Source: Octopus sinensis (taxonomy: Eukaryota). Taken from it: a stretch of 64,000 nucleotides of DNA. Location: the NCBI RefSeq assembly GCF_006345805.1, contig NC_043011.1, positions 4,278,001-4,342,000 of the forward strand, in the 5' to 3' direction. The translations under genes were made by a program, and so were the position numbers. Numbering within the stretch: the first letter of the stretch is position 1; the number at the start of each line of letters is the position of its first letter. This document shows, piece after piece, positions 26,514-39,216 of the stretch. A model generated the notes under the pieces. That model saw only the letters and a program-made list of their open reading frames with translations, ran no database searches and was not told where the DNA came from.

Positions 26514-26790
26514 GTCTGCCAGCCTCGTCTGGCACCTGTGTCGGTGGCACATAAAAAACACCATCCGAGCGTGGCCGTCTGCCAGCCTCGTCTGGCACCT
26601 GTGTCGGTGGCACATAAAATCACCCACTACACTCTCGGAGTGGTTGGCGTTAGGAAGGGCATCCAGCTGTAGAAACACTGCCAGATCTGACTGGCCTGGT
26701 GCAGCCTTCGGGCTTGCCAGACCCCAGTTGAACCGTCCAACCCATGCTAGCATGGAAAGCGGACGTTAAACGATGATGATGATGATGATG
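26514..26790 (+). mobile_element. RTE-type 3' UTR fragment with internal ~63-bp tandem duplication and (GAT)n tail
   Basis: GTCTGCCAGCCTCGTCTGGCACCTGTGTCGGTGGCACATAAAA occurs twice; tail AAACGATGATG. Confidence 0.8.
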
Positions 26791-28449
26791 ATATATATAT
26801 TGTATGTGCAGGTGAGGTTGTGTGAAGTTTGCTTTCTACCCACAGGGTTCCTGGTTCAGTCCCACTGCGTGGAACCTTGGGCAAGTGTATTCTACTGTAG
26901 CCTTGGGCTGACCAAAGCCTTGTGAGTGGATTCGGTAGATAGAAACTGAAAGAATCTCCTCGTATATGCGTGTGTGTGTATGAGTATGTTGTGTCTGTGT
27001 TTGTATCCCACCACCACTTGACAACTGGTGTTGGTATATTTACATCACTGTAACTTAGCGGTTCAGCAAAAGTGACAGATAGAATTAGTACCAGCCTTTA
27101 AAAACGTAGCTTCTACTACAGCCTTGGGTTGATGGAAGCCTTATGTATGGATTTTATATACAGGAACTGAAAAATTCATTGTGTGTGTGCATGCATGCGT
27201 GTGTGTGTGTGTGTGAGTGCTTTTGTGCATGCTTCTGTCTATGTGTGTGTGTTTACATCCGCTTCTCGTTTATCCGAAAGCCATGATTTTGTGCAGTGTT
27301 CCGTTAGCATTTCTTCTTCCAATAGATTCATACTTTTGAAAACATTTCAAATAAGGGACCCCTTACTCGACAAACTGGTTAGCATTAGGAACAACATTAA
27401 ACTGTAAATCAATACCACAATAATACATTTGTCTCTCCCATGATAGCATGGGAAATGGATTTAAAAGAAATGAATGACAAACAAACATGTTTCTATGTAC
27501 ATGTGTGAACGTATGCATGACTATACATGTCACATGTGTTTATTCGCATTAGTATTCTATGAAAGCTGCAATTTACAAGTTGTATTTTCGTTGCTATTTC
27601 TATCAATAAATCATCTGCTTACTTTGTGCCTTCGAGGATGTATGCAATATAAGATCCCTTATCTAAAAAAAAAATGTAAGGATGCCTGGCTGTAAATCTG
27701 TGCCTTCATAATACATAATTCATGCCAGCATAGAGAAACAGTGAATGATATTCAAATGATATAATATAAGCAAACTTGGTCATGGAATATCATGGACTGA
27801 GAATCTATGAAAAATCCTTTAAAATATTTGGTTTGGGAGTTCCAGGGTTTTTTGGTGAGTGTGGAACTACCTCTTAGCCACAATTATTCCCAAGTCTACT
27901 CTGACCCAGAATAGTAACCCCTATCAGGATCCCAGCTGTAGGTTAACTAGTATACAGGAGGACAATCCATCTGAATGTAGGGATGCAGAAATGCTCTTGG
28001 TTGGAATCAGGGCATGCAGTAAAACCATCAGGAGTGAGGGCCCTAGCTTTTGTCGCTACATTCTTCTAAGAGAGAGAGATAGGCACTCTAATGTAAAGCC
28101 TGCAGTCTTACATTATTATTGGTCATCTTGTTTTGGATTGTCACTGAACACAGATCACAGCGCCTCAGAGAGTAATACTCATGCTGCACAAGCATTTATC
28201 ACTCTAATCCAATGGCATACAGATGTCTCTTTATGGTAACCTCTTTTGTCATTCCATCTGCTGAAAGTCTTATGGCATTAGAAGAGTAGCAATATATACT
28301 GACCTAACCATTTTGAAGTACCCAGTAAGTTACAAATTTTATCTGTCATCTATGCTTCAAACCATACACATCTGTAGCACTAGAAAATAGCTGTCATTTG
28401 TGAAGAAAGAACAATTGCCATATATGTATGTGAGAAGGTATATAGGTGT

Positions 28450-29290
28450 GTCATCATCATCATCATTTAACGTCTGTTGTCCATGCTGGCATGGGTTGGA
28501 CAGTTTGACCAGGGCTGGCAAGCTGGAAGGCTGCACCAGGCTCCAGTCTGTTTTGGTATGGTTTCTATGGCTGGATACCCTTCCTAATGCCAACCACTCC
28601 AAGAGTGTAATAGGTGCCTTTATATGCCACCGGCACAGGTGCCATTTGCATAACACCAGTATCTGCCACAACTACGGTTTTACTTGTCTTAATGGGTCTT
28701 CTCAAGCATGGCATAATGCCAAATGGACTCGGTCATTGCCTCCATGTGGCCCAACTCATGAAGCCTGGCATAATGCCAAATGGTCTTGGTCCTTGCTTCC
28801 ATGAGGTCCAATGCTCAAAGGTACTTTTACATACCACCAGCACAGGTGTCATTTGCATGACACCAGTGTCTGCTATGACTGTGATTTTACTTGGCTTGAT
28901 GGGTCTTTTTCTCAAGCACAACATAATACCAAAGGTCTCAGTCAGTGCCTCTATGAGGCCCAACATTCGAAAGGAGCTCAACCACATTGCCTCCATGAGG
29001 CTCAATGCTCGAAATGTGCTTTTTACATGCCACCTGCATGGGTGCTGGTTATGTGACACCTGCATCAGCCATGAATGGGATTTCACTTGGCTTCATGGGT
29101 CTTCGCAAACACAGCATATCACCAAAGGTCTTGGTCACTAGTCATTGCCTCTGTGAGGCCCGAAGTTTGGAGATCATGCTTTACCACCTCATCCAATGTC
29201 TTCCTGGGTCTACCTCCACATTTAGGGATTGCACTTCTATACAGCTGTCCTCATCCATATATATGTATATATTATGTGTATGCATATATA
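28450..29290 (-). mobile_element. RTE-clade LINE 3' end: ORF C-terminus, repetitive 3' UTR and (GAT)n tail
   Basis: Minus frame GGRPRKTLDEVVKHDLQTSGLTEAMTSDQDLW (~29120-29220) runs into the UTR shared by all the (GAT)n-tailed fragments. Confidence 0.75.
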
Positions 29291-29309
29291 CATAAGTGGT
29301 GGAGTGTAC

Positions 29310-29850
29310 ATGTCTTAACTGCACTATTGTATGGATGCAACACCTAGACAACCTACTGCAGGCATATCCAACATCTTGAATGACTCTGCCAGTGATGCTT
29401 GGATAATATCCTGAAAATGTCATGGCAACCTTGTGTCTAATGCACAACTACTGCAGCTGGCAAAGTCATTTTTTATAAAACACCACCTTAGATGATCTGG
29501 TCATCTTGTCCATTTTCGAGGACACTCACATTCTAAAACAGGTGTTTATGGTGAGCTGGAGCAAGAAAAATGTCCCCAGTGCAAGCCACATGAGCATTTC
29601 AAAGATCAATATTGATACTAACACCTGAGATGATCTTGCATCAAACTGGAAGCTGTGGAAGAATCTGATTGCTACTGCTGTTAAATAATTTAGGGCAACC
29701 GGGTTGCTTACATCAAGTTGAAATGTGCTGGTAAATATATGGTGGATGTGAACTCTCACCCTGAGAAGGGCAAACAAGAGTCTTTTCATGTGACCAGTGT
29801 GATCATGTTTGCTTCTTAAAAGGAAGCCTACTCAGCCACAGGTGTAGTGA
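29310..29850 (+). mobile_element. RTE/BovB-like LINE 3' ORF remnant
   Basis: Broken frames HLR*SGHLVH, YGELEQEKCPQCKPHEHFKD, NIDTNT*DDLASNWKLWK and CDQCDHVCFLKGSLLSHRC. Confidence 0.7.
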
Positions 29851-30139
29851 TAGAGGCACCCTCATCTACCACTGTGATATCCAGCAGATTCTCTCAAGCA
29901 CATTGTATAGCAGACTGTGTGGGTTGGCTGGTGACTCATTTGGCGTTGTAGGTCCCAACATCCAAATGGCCTGGCTGTTGTTAGAAGGATAACTAGTAGT
30001 AAGTGTGGAATGACTTGTAGGTCCCTTGCAGGCCTTAAGAGTCATATGAGATGCCATCAGCAATGAGGAAACCATACGTGAGATGTTTCTTGGAGTAGAA
30101 TGTCTTTAAGAAGTGGTATTACTGAGTTATGAGATGATT

Positions 30140-31110
30140 TCCTCTTGTCCTTCTCTATACATCCGGCAAACGGGATGCCACTTGGCTGACTTGGCAATGA
30201 CACCCCGGTCTCACACCATTTCCACTCTACTGGTCACTCTGTGCAACACCTGTCGAATTGTCCTTGCACAGGGGCCATCCAGACTCCCGTATGCGCTCTG
30301 AACAGGGATTAATCTTCTCTCTTCACTTCTTTGCACCACATGGGCTCAACTCTCCTCCCCTCTTCACCTAACAGCCTCCCCTCTCCTCTCTCCTCCTCAC
30401 ACCTACTTCCTCCAACTCCTACTTCTTCTTATCACTCTTACTCTCCTGTCTTCTACTCACTCCTACCTACCTTCTCCCTTCATCATCACACCTCCCTCGT
30501 AACCCCACCCCACCCAATCCAACCCCACCTTCCCAATCCATCCCACCCTACTCCATTCCTAACACCCACTCCCACATACCCCACCTCTACCTCCCCCTCA
30601 GCCTAACCCACTCCACCCTTGCTTTACCCTCTCTTGCCGCCCCACCTCCCAACACCATTACACCACTACACCATACACCAATATACCACACAACACCACA
30701 TCACACCACCACACACACATTAGCACCGACCACTTCCCAGCCCCACATCCACACACCTACACATACACACACGCACATGTCAAGGTCACCAGCCCTCTTC
30801 CACACGCACATACATACTCTCTTATACACATGCACGTGCACTTCGTTTTGGGATTACCACTACTTTATTATCTCCCCTTCTTCCTAGCTCTCCTGTGTGA
30901 CCCCTCTGTCCGGCATTCGCCATGATAGATTGCTAGCCACTACACATTCTTTATTTTCTCTCCTCGTTTCTTTCTGTGTTCCTTTCTGTGGAAGAGCATA
31001 GGCTCGAAACATTAAAGACTTTTTCATTTCCCGAGCGTTAAACTAATTCATCTGTTTGTTGTCTAAACCACCTGTCTTCATCTTTTGTTTTTTTGTGAAT
31101 TCTCCTTTTA
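30140..31110 (+). mobile_element. Penelope-like element 3' end: GIY-YIG endonuclease remnant, C-rich UTR, pseudo-LTR with variant hammerhead at 30982-31017
   Basis: CPSLYIRQTGCHLAD / LGNDTPVSHHFHSTGHS / RSEQGLIFSLHFFAPHGLNS match the YIGQTG, HF..GH and EQ.LI..L...P.GLN motifs. Followed by CTTT-CTGTGGA-a-GAGC atag GCTC-GAAA-CATT-AAAG. Confidence 0.8.
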
Positions 31111-32043
31111 TACACACTAGCCTTGAAGCCGCCCTTTGGGCAGCATTCAGGCTAGCTCCTGTAGGGGCACCTTTGAGGTCTTTGGCCCCATTATCGGGCT
31201 GCTTCACAGCCCTCTACCCTTGTGTAATGTAATGGACTCGGATAGATTCATTGTATATGTATCTCCTTGTATTAATTATTTGATAACCCATTCCAAACCC
31301 CCTTCCCACAATAATAGTGATGGGGGTCAGTGGGACCCCATTTCAGCAGCCCTTCAGAAATTGAGCCTCCTTATGATACTCCCTGGGAGTTCATGGTATG
31401 AAATTCATTGTCATTGCTCTGATTTGGTCACCAATGCTATGTATGTAGTTTAAAATGCAGTAAAAATAGGAGGGTAAGTGGGACCCTAATTAGGCAACCC
31501 TTAAAAAAATAGACCCCCTTAGGACATTCTCTGGGATTAGGAGAGTTGCTGGTTTGAGTTTCGTTATCCTTGCACCAACAGTCTAGGAGGAATTAACGAA
31601 CATAAAAATGTAATGGACAGAGAAACCACTCAAATTTATAATAAGGTATATTTATGTGCCTGTACATATGTGTGTTTGTATATACTGCAGATGCATATAC
31701 ACCCCTGAATACATAATATGGACTGAAGCAGAATTACAAACCTACAATAAGTTCACCACTTCATTGTACTGGATTTGGGATGATAAATAACAAAAATGAC
31801 ATCAACACAAATAACAGCTACAAAAACCTCATAAAAAAAAAGGAACTGGGGAAATATTTTCTGGGGACAGAAAATTCTTCTCTTAAGGTCTCTAGCAATG
31901 ATAAAACACAATCTGAAGTCATATCCTTCCTTTAGGAAATGTCATAAGCAACATTCCTACTTATTCATTTAATCTGCACCTGATTTTCACATATTGAAAA
32001 AATTACCCAAAACTTTGAAAAGCTAAATGTTAGATCTTGGTGA

Positions 32044-32083
<40 letters not shown>

Positions 32084-32494
32084 GTTTAACGTCCACTTTC
32101 CATGATTATTTTTTTCTTCTAGTACGAAACCTTTTTTTAGTCACGATTCACATAAAAATGTATGCACTAAAACCCTTTTCTATACAAGAGACTCAGAGTA
32201 AGAGATGTTCCCTTTTCCTTTTTCCGCCTCTCTTTTTCACTTGTGTTATGTGTCAAGTTTACCTTAAGAATACGTAAATCAGAATATTTTCAGTTAAACT
32301 ATAATACAAAAACACTTATTCTGTAAAGAATATTCTGTAAAGAATATCTTTATTCCTTACATATAAATACATTGACTAAAACTATTCTCCCTTTATGTTA
32401 AAAAGTTACACTTTTTTCAATTAAACAAAAATTATATTGGTATATAAAAATCTGATACATTTTCAACCCTTTCTCTTTATGTTTCATATACATA

Positions 32495-32528
<34 letters not shown>

Positions 32529-33322
32529 CATCTGTACATACATATGTATGTATGTATGTATGTATGTGTGTATGTATGTATGTCTATGTGTGCATGCGTG
32601 TGTGTATGTATGTATGTATGTATGCAATGCATGTATGTATGTATGTATGTTCAAATACTTTCAATGCAAGGCACAGATACATACAGAATCATATTAAGCT
32701 CAAATTTTTAGAGTAAAGAAGTAGACAAGTCTTGATATATTTGCAAAACTCTCGTTAAGAGCAAAATGATATTGGTTTCAACAACATTTTGTGAATACCA
32801 TTATTAAAGGCTGAAATGTCAAAGGAAGGTTTTCTTTAGACCATTTCCTATCATTGACTGTGTCGTGTTTCACTTTGTAAGCTTGCTTTATTCTGTCTTT
32901 AGCTTTTCTTCACATTAATGTGCGTATGTTAGCGTTTAGGTGCTCATGTAGTATATAGATGCTTGCGTGTGTATATATGCTCACCTATATATTTGTGTTT
33001 CGTTTCATTGTGTTTGTTTTAGAAATCATGTCTTTGGCCATGCTGGAACAACATACGTATGCATGCGCATATATATATGTATGCGCACACGCACATATAT
33101 ACACACATACACACACACACACAAACACACATGCATACTGCCACACTCACATGCACACAAACACACATATGTGTGTGTATGTGTGTTTTTGTGTGTGTGT
33201 ATACTCACATAATATACATACACATAGAGAGAAATAGATGCATAGATATAAAGATAGATATCCATATGCATGTATGTATATATATATATGTGTGTCTCTA
33301 TCTCTCTCTTTCTCAAATATAT

Positions 33323-33353
<31 letters not shown>

Positions 33354-34329
33354 CACACACACACACTCACACTTACACTCACTGACAAGAAGATATATAA
33401 ATTATGCATACATATAGTTCTTTTCCTTGCTATATTATACTAGATTTGTTACTTTCTCGTAGCTAAACATACTTCTCTTCCTGCTTAATAAAAGCAAGTT
33501 AGAGCATTTGTTTATGTTTGTTTGATACATCTTGTTTGTATGTTTATGTTTTGTTTATGTGTGTTTTTTGTACCTAAAATTGTATAAATGTTTAATGTTT
33601 CATCATACGGAAAATATTTGCTTAGTGTCACTATATAGTATTTGTATTAACTAAAAGCTGTTATTTCTGGTCATATTTGGTTCTCCCAATGATGATGGTG
33701 ATGATGATGATGATGACGGTTGTTTTCATTCACATTTTAGTTTTACTATTGATTCGTGTTTTCATCATGTTTTGATATCCTCATGCTATATATTTTGGTA
33801 GTTTTCTTTGATTTCTTTATTCTTCTCTTTTTTTTTTTTTTTTGATTTTTCTGATCCATTATTTTAACAATTTAGATGAGTGATGGAACAGCAGAAATGT
33901 TAGAGTGCCATGCCAAGATTCTTGTTTTGTTTGGTTGCATATTAACCACTTCCAGGGTTCAAATTATATTTGTTTTTCATCCACATCTGAGTCAATAAAA
34001 AAAAGTATTACAATAATTTTGGTTACAAATTGGTCAATAAAAGAAGGGCCATTATTCATTATGTTTGTTGGTTCTCCCAGACTGGTGATACTGATATGGT
34101 TGATGCCCTGCCAAAGTCTGCAACAATTATGTCTGAAAGAGAGTGAACTGCATTAGAGATAGCCGAGGACCAGGTGGTGGCATTTTACCAGCTGACACGT
34201 CAATTTAAACAGCCAATTTTCTTCTTGGATTGATAAAATGAATACAATTCTGAACAGAATAAATGAAACAAATACCAGGTTTATATCAGAGATATTATAG
34301 TGTTGATGAATTAAGAATTTTATACATTA

Positions 34330-34724
34330 CTAGCAGTATTGCCCGGCGTTGCTCGGGTTTGTAAGGGAAATAACTATATAATCATTTTTAGAGATGTAAA
34401 GTATAATAGCCATCTCAATATGGCAAACCACAAAGTGGGGTGTTACTGTAGCTTTTTACGTTCTGAGATTTAATAATACATTTTTAAAGAGTTACTTCCC
34501 TTATATATGCCAAAAATGCATGAAAATTGGGAAAAAAGGATGGTAAATTTTTTTTTAAACCGTAGACTCATCGTAGACACGTGCTAATACCCAGAAGGGC
34601 TCAATATGAATCACGACTATAAAATACCCGGTTTTGGTTAAACTGCACCGCAAAATGTGGGAGTAGTTAGGAACCTAAATCGTAGGAGACAGACACCACA
34701 CAACCTCATTTTTATATATATAGA
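34330..34724 (-). mobile_element. Non-autonomous Helitron
   Basis: Minus strand A|TC start, CCCGAGCAACGCCGGG hairpin, CTAG|T end, no TSD. Confidence 0.85.
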
Positions 34725-35756
34725 TTTGTTTCAAGTTTTAGCACTAAGCCAGTAAAGAGTGGATTTATAAGGGAGTGGCATACCAGAGAATGGCAAGAAG
34801 GGTGGCAGATTTGATTTACACCTAGATGACCTTTATTTGTTCCAAAATGTTGCTGATCTTTAGTTTTAAAGCATCTCTAAACCTTTTGCTGAAAAACATG
34901 AAAAGAAACTATAATCAAAGCCTGTCCATTGTGATCATCTCATCTAATTTCCAGAAAATATATCCAGAATTACATTATGCAATGTGATCTTCCTTTAAGG
35001 TGATAAGATGTTATTTGAGGGAAATTGAGCTGTTATTTCATGAAGGTTTTGTGGCTATGCAGTGGCATCCTTTTTTTATGAACAATGATCTACATGAAGG
35101 TGTAGTAACTGCTGTAGCAACTCTTCAAAACTAAAGTTTTTCTCTTGTCTTACTGGATTCAGAATTCCACAATTTGGAAGTGACCTAAGCTCCTAAACAG
35201 AAGCCATGTATCTCTTTCTTCTCTATAAAAACACTTGCTTTATTAATATAAACATTTCCAAGTTACTGAAACCATCCCATTCATATTTCCATTGAAAACT
35301 GAAAAGTAATGTAAAATAGTTATTTCCTTTATTCTTCAAACGTAACCGATATTCTTGAATGGGAATGCTTTTGGCTTTTATATTTTCTTTTGGCTATGTA
35401 TTTCAAACTAAATACAGTCCACTTACAAGAATTTTATAGAATTTTCTTGGTTCCTGCATTGAATTCGTTTTTCCAAAAAATACTTGATATAAAAATTTAC
35501 ATTGTATATACACTCATATATATACACTCACGTATACATAAAAGTACATTATATATGTATGTCTGTCAGCGGGTGTGACTGTGTATGTGTATTGTATGTT
35601 TGTGTGCAGACACATGTATGTGTTATGTTACATTCTTTGATACACAGATAGGGATAGTGGGGGAGGTGGAGGTGCTCTGGTTTTGTTGAACCTTTTGTGT
35701 TGAAATAAGAAATTTGCCGATGTACAAGCTACTGCTATCAGTTTGAGTTTGCTTTA

Positions 35757-36166
35757 TACTCTTTACTCTTTTACTTGTTTCAGTCATTTGACTGTGGCCA
35801 TGCTGGAGCATCGCCTTTAGTCGAGCAAATCAACCCAGGGACTTATTCTTTGGAAGCTCAGTACTTATTCTATCAGTCTCTTTTGCCAAATCGCTAAGTG
35901 ACGGGGACGTAAACACACCAGCATCGGTTGTCAAGCAATGCTGGGGAGACGAACACAGAAACACAAACACACAGACGCATACATATATACATATACATAT
36001 ATACGACGGGCTTCTTTCAGTTTCCGTCTATCAAATCCACTCACAAGGCATTGGTCGGCCCGAGGCTATAGTAGAAGACACTTGTCCAAGATGCCACACA
36101 GTAGGACTGAACCCGGAACCATGTGGTTGGTTAGCAAGCTACTTACCACACAGCCACTCCTGCGCC
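35757..36166 (-). mobile_element. SINE family A
   Basis: Full-length reverse copy. Confidence 0.9.
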
Positions 36167-36935
36167 TATTTATATTTATATAAAAAAAATCACGGGGCCT
36201 CATAAAAAACATTGGTGTGGATGCTGGTGCCACGTAAAAAGTACTATTGATGGTTTCACATTAAAAGCCTCCAGTACACTCTGTGGAGTGAGTAGTTGGT
36301 GTTAGGAAGGGCATCCAGCCATAAATACCAAACCAAACCAGACTATGGAATATGATGTGGCCCCCTGGCCTTGCCAGTTCCTGTCAAGTTGTCCAACCCA
36401 TGCCAGCATCGTAAACGGATGTTAAATGATGACGATGATGTACGTCTGTTGTTGTTGGTTGAGGAGGACTATTGTAGAAGTCTTTCCAATTGTGACCATC
36501 CCTGTTTTGTATAACATACTGTATTTAAAACAACTTTAGCTAATGTATCAGTTGATTGGTGCGTGATTTGTTGGAGATTTGGCTGCTATTTTTAGCAGAT
36601 TGTGTGACTATGTGTAGACTGTCTCATTACTATGTGTGTGTGGTTATGTGTGTAATGGTGTGTGTGTATGAGTGCACGTGTGTGTGTGTGTGGTATATAT
36701 GTGTGTATGTATGGTAAACAGTTTTCAATCTTCTGTAAAAGCATGTCCAGCCATAGGAAAATATTACCATACATGGAAACAAGTGAGGGTTGGTGACAGG
36801 AAGAGCATCCGACTGTGGAAAATTTGCCTCAACAAATTCCATCTGACCTATGTAAGGATGAAAAGGGAAGCGGAAAATGACAATGGCAACAACAACAACA
36901 ATAATGATGATGATGCGGTGGAGGAGGATATATAT

Positions 36936-38265
36936 ATTTCTTTATTACCCGCAAGGGGCTACACACAGAGGGGACAAACAAGGACAGACAAAGGGATTAA
37001 GTTGATTACATCGACCCCAGTGCGTAACTGGTACTTATTTAATCGACCCCGAAAGGATGAAAGGCAAAGTCGACCTCGGCGGAATTTGAACTCAGGATGT
37101 AACGGCAGACGAAATACTTATTTCCTTACTGCCCACAAGGGGCTAAACACAGAAAGGACAACAAGGACAGACAAATGGATTAAGTCGATTATATCGACCC
37201 CAGTGCATAACTGGTACTTATTTAATCGACCCCGAAAGGATGAAAGGCAAAGTCGACCTCGGCGGAATTTGAACTCAGGATGTAACGGCAGACGAAATAC
37301 TTATTTCCTTACTGCCCACAAGGGGCTAAACACAGAAAGGACAAACAAGGACAGACAAATGGATTAAGTCGATTATATCGACCCCAGTGCATAACTGGTA
37401 CTTATTAATCGACCCCGAAGGATGAAAGGCAAAGTCGACCTCGGCGGAATTTGAACTCAGGATGTAACGGCAGACGAAATACTTATTTCCTTACTGCCCA
37501 CAAGGGGCTAAACACAGAAAGGACAAACAAGGACAGACAAATGGATTAAGTCGATTATATCGACCCCAGTGCATAACTGGTACTTATTTAATCGACCCCG
37601 AAAGGATGAAAGGCAAAGTCGACCTCGGCGGAATTTGAACTCAGGATGTAACGGCAGACGAAATACTTATTTCCTTACTGCCCACAAGGGGCTAAACACA
37701 GAAAGGACAAACAAGGACAGACAAATGGATTAAGTCGATTATATCGACCCCAGTGCATAACTGGTACTTATTTAATCGACCCCGAAAGGATGAAAGGCAA
37801 AGTCGACCTCGGCGGAATTTGAACTCAGGATGTAACGGCAGACGAAATACTTATTTCCTTACTGCCCACAAGGGGCTAAACACAGAAAGGACAAACAAGG
37901 ACAGACAAATGGATTAAGTCGATTATATCGACCCCAGTGCATAACTGGTACTTATTTAATCGACCCCGAAAGGATGAAAGGCAAGTCGACCTCGGCGGAA
38001 TTTGAACTCAGGATGTAACGGCAGACGAAATACTTATTTCCTTACTGCCCACAAGGGGCTAAACACAGAAAGGACAACAAGGACAGACAAATGGATTAAG
38101 TCGATTATATCGACCCCAGTGCATAACTGGTACTTATTTAATCGACCCCGAAAGGATGAAAGGCAAAGTCGACCTCGGCGGAATTTGAACTCAGGACGTA
38201 ACAGCAAACGAAATATGGCTACACATTTCGCCTGGCATGCTAACGTTTTTGCCAGCTCACCGCCT
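36936..38265 (-). mobile_element. SINE family B heptamer: 7 head-to-tail ~183-bp units, one complete head
   Basis: Seven units counted; enclosing TSD TGGAGGAGGATATATAT at 36919-35 and 38266-82. Confidence 0.9.
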
Positions 38266-38419
38266 TGGAGGAGGATATATATTTAAACATATATATATGC
38301 ATATAAATAAATATACACTTATACAGATATATGCAAATCTGCATGTGTGTACATAAGGACGTTCGTATGGAATGTATGAGCTTCATGCTCAGTGAAGGTG
38401 GAAAAAGAGTGGATTTTTT

Positions 38420-38452
38420 TTTTACGTTTCAAGCATAGCTCTTCATCAGAAA
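38420..38452 (-). ncRNA. Minimal type I hammerhead (PLE-type) with intact core
   Basis: Minus strand: TTT-CTGATGA-a-GAGC tat GCTT-GAAA-CG-TA-AAA. Palindromic ACGT stem III, GUA triplet. Confidence 0.65.
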
Positions 38453-38544
38453 GAGGAGAAAGAAAATTCTAGAGAAGGGAAAAGCACGTGTAGCACACAC
38501 ACACACACACACATATGTATGGCTCGTAGTTCAATTAATTAGGA

Positions 38545-38610
38545 AGAGATGAGATGCAGTTTGGTTTCATGCCAAGAAGAAGCATTACTGATGCTATCTT
38601 CCTGGTGAGG
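38545..38610 (+). mobile_element. Tiny RTE-type reverse transcriptase fragment
   Basis: DEMQFGFMPRRSITDAIFLVR matches the QFGF...STTDAIF motif. Confidence 0.65.
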
Positions 38611-39216
38611 TAGCTTTTTGCATGTGTGTTTACTGTTGTTAAGGTAAGATCAAAAAAATTATTCCGTCTAGTGAAAGATATCATTTAATGTACACAGTAT
38701 TAAAATAAGAACTACTAATAGTTTTTTGCCATAAAGATACTTTACTTTTCTTTTTCCATTCTTATTTATCCTTTGTCTTCTCATGTACCAATGTCTTGGT
38801 TTTCAAATAGAAGTGACCATGTGTCCTGAGCCTTAAGATTGCTGGAAGACTCAAGGCACATTATATATACAGTCAAAGGATCATATATCTGAAAAAGAAG
38901 CATGCTCTAAAAGTTAGAACAGTAATGTATTTACATGAATTTGAATTGGTCACTCCATGCATAGAGTGACCAATGGTTTCACATCCATAAAGCATTTTGT
39001 TTTGTAAATGACATGTGAGACTCCTATGGCCATGGGCACATAACCTCTCTTCAAACTGGAAGTAGAAAACCATTATGGTCAGTAAATTTGTCAACAAAAG
39101 AATACTATACACTGTCAGAACCTTAAACAGAACAAGATATCTCCCTTAGACTGATCTGGTTGGCAAATCTTATGGACCTAAAGAGCAAACGGGGAATCTC
39201 TGCCATTAGGCTGGTT

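Noticed and set aside
33876-34145. Possible exon(s) after a long pyrimidine tract (MSDGTAEMLECHAK..., TGDTDMVDALPKS...)
   Set aside because: No recognisable homology, in-frame stops and no convincing donor site.
36672-37367. 231-aa ORF, and recurrent peptides such as QIHSQG, LPNPLTRHW and RKDERQSRPRRNLNS
   Set aside because: Read-through of SINE sequence; the same peptides recur at every SINE copy.
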